Shown here one piece after another: positions 31,000 to 32,000 of a stretch of 32,000 bases of DNA. Position numbers and translations under genes: made by a program. Under the pieces are notes generated by a model. The model searched no databases. It saw nothing but the letters and a program-made list of their open reading frames with translations, and had not been told where the DNA came from. Position 1 is the first letter of the stretch, and each line of letters starts with the position of its first letter. The stretch comes from Mycobacterium leprae TN (GTDB lineage: Bacteria > Actinomycetota > Actinomycetes > Mycobacteriales > Mycobacteriaceae). The stretch is from positions 2,820,001 to 2,852,000 of the forward strand of contig NC_002677.1 of NCBI RefSeq assembly GCF_000195855.1. The letters are read 5' to 3'.

Positions 31000-31944
31000 C
31001 TAGTCTAGGCTTACGAGCCAGCAGGAACAATAGACATGTTGAGGGGTCCGGCCGTAGTTTGGGTACGGCTTGGCTGTAATTGTCGAACGGGCCGTCTCGG
31101 CGTGCGATCACGATCCGTACCCCTTGGGTTTCGGTGGCGCGGATCAAGTCGAGCGCGTCGGGATGTTGCGCGTCAGGCCATCCAGAATGCCACCTAGCAT
31201 CTGGGTAGACGCTAGGTTCATGTATCTCGCAAGCGGCCTGATTAACGATCAGGCTTAGTGCCCACAACTGCGACAATGAGGATGCGTACCAGCTCGGCAG
31301 CAATCTCGGTGACACAAGCTTAGAGGCATTCGAACGGCACCTATTCGTTTATCAGCTTGACTTCAGCTTCCTGGACACCGGTCAACGGCCGGCCAGTAAG
31401 CGGGTGCCACTTGACATTGGCAAGGCCGAGCAAGCATATTTATGCTTTCAATTAGATAAGCTCTATATCCGATTATATGGGTGCCGATCATCGCGTTGTT
31501 GTCGGTAATGGCGATGTCAGTGCATTTGCGTAGTTGCTGAAAATCAGCGACGCATCAGTTTTGCGCCTAGCGATCATCGGCTTAGAGGCTAGTTAAATGG
31601 CCATGAACCTCTCTATAGGCCGAATCTCACGAGCGGTAACTCTAGCGAACTCTTTGCCTGGATACCATTGCCTGTAGGTCATCAGGCCATCGCCCCCGTT
31701 GCTGAAACCCGCCGCCAAAATTATAGCCGTCAGAAAAGGACTGGCTGGCGCCACGCAACACTATAGACTTTGATACCGTGGTCTCGCTCAGCCAGCCTGC
31801 CGATCGTCTCGATCTTGTCGAGAATAGGTGGGACGTTAATATAGTATTAAGGTGCTCTGAGCTATCCAATGTGATGGTGGCGACCGGACCGGTGGCCGCA
31901 TAATGCAGGCTATCAAAATTGACCCCGGATTGGGTTCTAGTCAT
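31000..31944 (-). pseudogene. echA2: Enoyl-CoA hydratase/isomerase-family pseudogene (echA2/Rv0456c-like)
   Basis: ORF 31642..31944: FDSLHYAATGPVATITLDSSEHLNTI...IVLRGASQSFSDGYNFGGGF (crotonase N-terminal pattern), then a stop. The C-terminal-like ORF 30950..31315 (...GVRIVIARRDGPFDNYSQ) is in a different frame. The middle part is not readable in one frame. Confidence 0.55.
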
Positions 31945-32000
31945 AGCAGCAGCGAAGTAAGTCGGGACCCTTGCCGCGATATGCTGCGCGAGTCAGCCCC

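Overview
This window is Mycobacterium leprae chromosome. It contains the RLEP repeat, including the standard diagnostic PCR/TaqMan target sequences verbatim at 16290-16542, has moderate GC, and shows extreme gene decay.

Only about 9 kb of the 32 kb looks like intact coding sequence:
- the PDIM/PGL-1 lipid genes tesA-fadD26-ppsA (5' part, runs off the left edge), minus strand, 1-4903
- one small DUF1049 membrane protein (14617-14958)
- the mmpS4-mmpL4 RND transporter operon (26366-29706)
- a Cys/His-rich ORF (29880-30350)
- an Rv0455c-like secreted protein (30483-30944)

The rest is pseudogene debris in three blocks that follow M. tuberculosis gene order as I recall it:
- Rv2928-Rv2931
- Rv3765c-Rv3759c: tcrX, tcrY, lpqH, alkyl-sulfatase-like, fadE36-like, Rv3760-like, proX-like
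- Rv0442c-Rv0456c: PPE, rskA, sigK, DUF1295, ufaA1-like, DUF1365, mmpL/mmpS remnants, TetR, echA2-like

RLEP sits at one block junction.

The most notable structure is a 1193-bp inverted repeat, perfect as far as I could check (22495-23687 and 28573-29765). Each arm is the 3' third of mmpL4 plus 59 bp downstream. One arm is grafted onto a decayed second mmpL pseudogene. The repeat brackets a 4.9-kb segment (mmpS4, 5' mmpL4, TetR) that is flipped relative to the M. tuberculosis arrangement.

I found no CRISPR array, prophage, tRNA/rRNA or recognisable defence system.

All homology calls come from my own translation and recollection of protein families and orthologues; no database search was possible. 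Pseudogene boundaries are approximate (about +/-50-150 bp).
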